This document shows positions 61,992-64,000 of a DNA stretch of 64,000 nt, piece by piece. The notes under the pieces are model-generated. The model searched no databases. It was not told where the DNA came from and was given only the letters and a program-made list of their open reading frames with translations. Within the stretch, counting starts at the first letter, position 1, and each line of letters opens with the position of its first letter. Origin of the DNA: Buchnera aphidicola (Meitanaphis elongallis) (GTDB lineage Bacteria; Pseudomonadota; Gammaproteobacteria; Enterobacterales; Enterobacteriaceae). The DNA is taken from assembly GCA_039830015.1 (NCBI GenBank), contig CP140033.1:105233-169232 (forward strand), given 5' to 3'. The translations under genes and the position numbers were made by a program.

Positions 61992-62056
61992 ATGTGATAT
62001 ATGTAAATGCTACATTACTTTATAAATATTCTACTAAATGGAAATAAAAATTATTT

Positions 62057-64000
62057 ATGGCTATAATTTTTATAGATAATAACAAATATGATGTTGACAA
62101 TTCGAATAATTTATTACAAGTGTGTTTGTCTCTTGGTTTTGATATACCGTATTTCTGTTGGCATCCAACATTAGGAAGCATTGGTGCTTGTCGTCAGTGT
62201 GTTGTAAAACAATATCATAGTTTTGAAGATAAGGTGGGTAAATTAGTAGTATCTTGTATGACGCCTATTATGAACGGATTAATAGTTTCTATTAATGAAA
62301 GTGAAGCAGTAAATTTTAGGAAAGGAGTTATTGAATTATTAATGACTAATCATCCACATGATTGTCCTGTTTGTGAGGAAGGTGGAAGCTGTCATTTACA
62401 GGATATGACTGTTATGACTAAACATCATGTTCGTCGTTATAGATTTTTGAAAAGAACTCATAAAAATCAATATTTAGGTTCATTTATTAGACATGAGATG
62501 AATCGATGTATTTCTTGTTATAGATGTGTGCGTTATTATAAAGATTATGCTGATGGTACAGATTTTGGAGTTTATGGAATTAGCAATAACATTTATTTTG
62601 GACGTTTAGAAGATGGGCCATTGAATAGTGAATTTTCTGGGAATTTAATAGATATTTGTCCTACTGGAGTTTTTACTGATAAAGTGCAATCGGAAACATA
62701 TGTTAGGAAATGGGATTTACAATATGCACCGAGTATTTGTCAGCATTGTTGCGTAGGATGCAATATTAGTGTAGGAGAAAAATATGGAGAAATATGTAAA
62801 GTAGAAAATCGATATCATGGTAGTATTAATCGTTATTTTTTATGTGATTTAGGTAGATTTAGTTATGGCTATTCTAATTTAGAAGATAGACCTAAACGTT
62901 CTACTTATCGATGTAAAGGTACAAAACATATTTTAAATAGCGTAGAAAATTCTATTGAGTTAGTAGTAAAACGTTTAACTACTGCATCTAAAATAATAGG
63001 AATTGGTTCTAGTCGTGCTAGTTTAGAAAATAACTATGCACTTCAAAAACTAGTTGGAATAGAGAATTTCTCTGTTGGAATGTTACAAAAAGAATTAGAC
63101 TGCACAAAATTAATTATAAAAATTTTAAAAAATAGTGGTATTTATACTCCTACATTACGAGAAATTGAAGATTATGACACTATTCTTGTTTTAGGTGAAG
63201 ATATTACTAATACTTCTCCTATGATAGCTTTATCTATTCGTCAAGCAATAAAAGGGAAATCTAGAAAGGTAGCACTATCTAATAATATTCCAAAATGGCA
63301 TGCATTAGCTACTAAGAATATTTCTCAAAATATAAAAAACAAATTGTTTATTATTAATACTTATAAAACTAAATTAGATGATATCTCTGAAAATAGTTAT
63401 GTATTGACAATTGATGATCAGGTACAATTAGGTTGTGCAATTGCTGATTATATTGATAAGGGTTCTTTTCATGTAAACAATTTAAGCGAAAATTTGATTA
63501 CAATAATGAAAAAAATTGTTTTTTCGTTGCTTTCTTCCAAAAAACCTTTAATTGTTTCAGGTGTTCATTCTAATAGTATTGAATTAATTCAAATTGCACA
63601 TAATATAGCAAGATCTTTAAAAAATGTAGAAAAAAAAGTTGGATTGGTTTTGTTAGTATCTAATTTTAATAGTTTGGGTGTTGGTTTATTGAGTGGAATG
63701 TCACTAGAAAAAGTAGTAAATAATGTTTCGAATAAACAATGTGATTCTTTAATAATTTTAGAAAATGATTTGCATCGTTATTTTTCAAACATTTGTATTG
63801 AAAAATTATTTAGAAATGTTAAAAATGTTATAGTAATGGATCATATTAATACTAATACTATGAAAAAGGGAACAATAGTTTTTCCATCAACTAATATTTT
63901 TGAAAGTTCTGGTACTGTTGTAAATTATGAAGGTCGAGCACAACGTTTTTTCCAGGTGTACGATCCAAAATTTTATGATGGTGATTCGCATGTTTTAGAT
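62057..64000 (+). CDS. nuoG: NADH-quinone oxidoreductase subunit G, 5' part (continues past window end; absent from ORF track)
   Basis: ATG at 62057 opens a frame with no stop through 64000 (648 codons). [53 protein letters not shown] matches E. coli NuoG [71 protein letters not shown] is conserved. Confidence 0.95.
   Translation, partial: [648 protein letters not shown]

Noticed and set aside
1-64000. I searched for CRISPR arrays, IS elements or transposases, integrases, prophage genes, toxin-antitoxin pairs, restriction or defence systems, and secondary-metabolite genes.
   Set aside because: Every long ORF that is not a nested antisense ORF has a clear housekeeping orthologue in E. coli-like order. 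I saw no regularly spaced direct repeats and no terminal inverted repeats flanking ORFs. I therefore cannot support any novel accessory system in this window.

Overview
This window is very AT-rich (about three quarters A+T by eye), gene-dense and made up of housekeeping genes. It looks like a reduced-genome gammaproteobacterial endosymbiont. The gene order matches what I recall for Buchnera aphidicola, but I cannot confirm the organism without a database. It is a patchwork of E. coli-like operon blocks:
- hisC'(partial)-hisBHAFI-gnd-dcd-metG
- tilS-tRNA-Val-norM (minus strand)
- ribE-[rnfABCDGE relics]-nth-tyrS
- sufA-like (minus strand)
- ydiK-aroH-thrS-infC-rpmI-rplT-pheST-yajC-secDF
- glyS-glyQ (minus strand)
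- nfo-rplY
- yabI (minus strand)
- ksgA-apaH
- folA-carB-carA-dapB-ispH-lspA-ileS-ribF (minus strand)
- rpsT
- dnaJ-dnaK (minus strand)
- nuoA-B-CD-E-F-G'(partial)

I found no transposase, integrase, phage, CRISPR, toxin-antitoxin or defence-type content, and no convincing novel protein-coding system. Every long ORF that is not a nested antisense ORF has a clear housekeeping identity.

The most unusual feature is a roughly 5.4 kb stretch (12231-17680) with no long ORF. Read across shifting frames, it is a nearly full-length, heavily mutated relic of the six-gene rnfABCDGE (rsx) operon. The intact nth gene sits stranded at its 3' end.

Other points of interest:
- a textbook sigma32 promoter upstream of dnaK
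- a perfect 13-bp hairpin between dnaK and dnaJ
- the ATT start of infC and the TTG start of rpsT
- two terminator-like hairpins between rplT and pheS, with no Phe-rich leader peptide
- an orphan sufA-like gene
- several oversized AT-rich spacers and palindromes
- A10 homopolymers inside essential genes

The ORF track misses the true infC start and all of nuoG, which runs off the window end. It also over-extends about ten N-termini. Pseudogene boundaries are approximate (about +/-30 nt), and no folding energies or statistics were computed.
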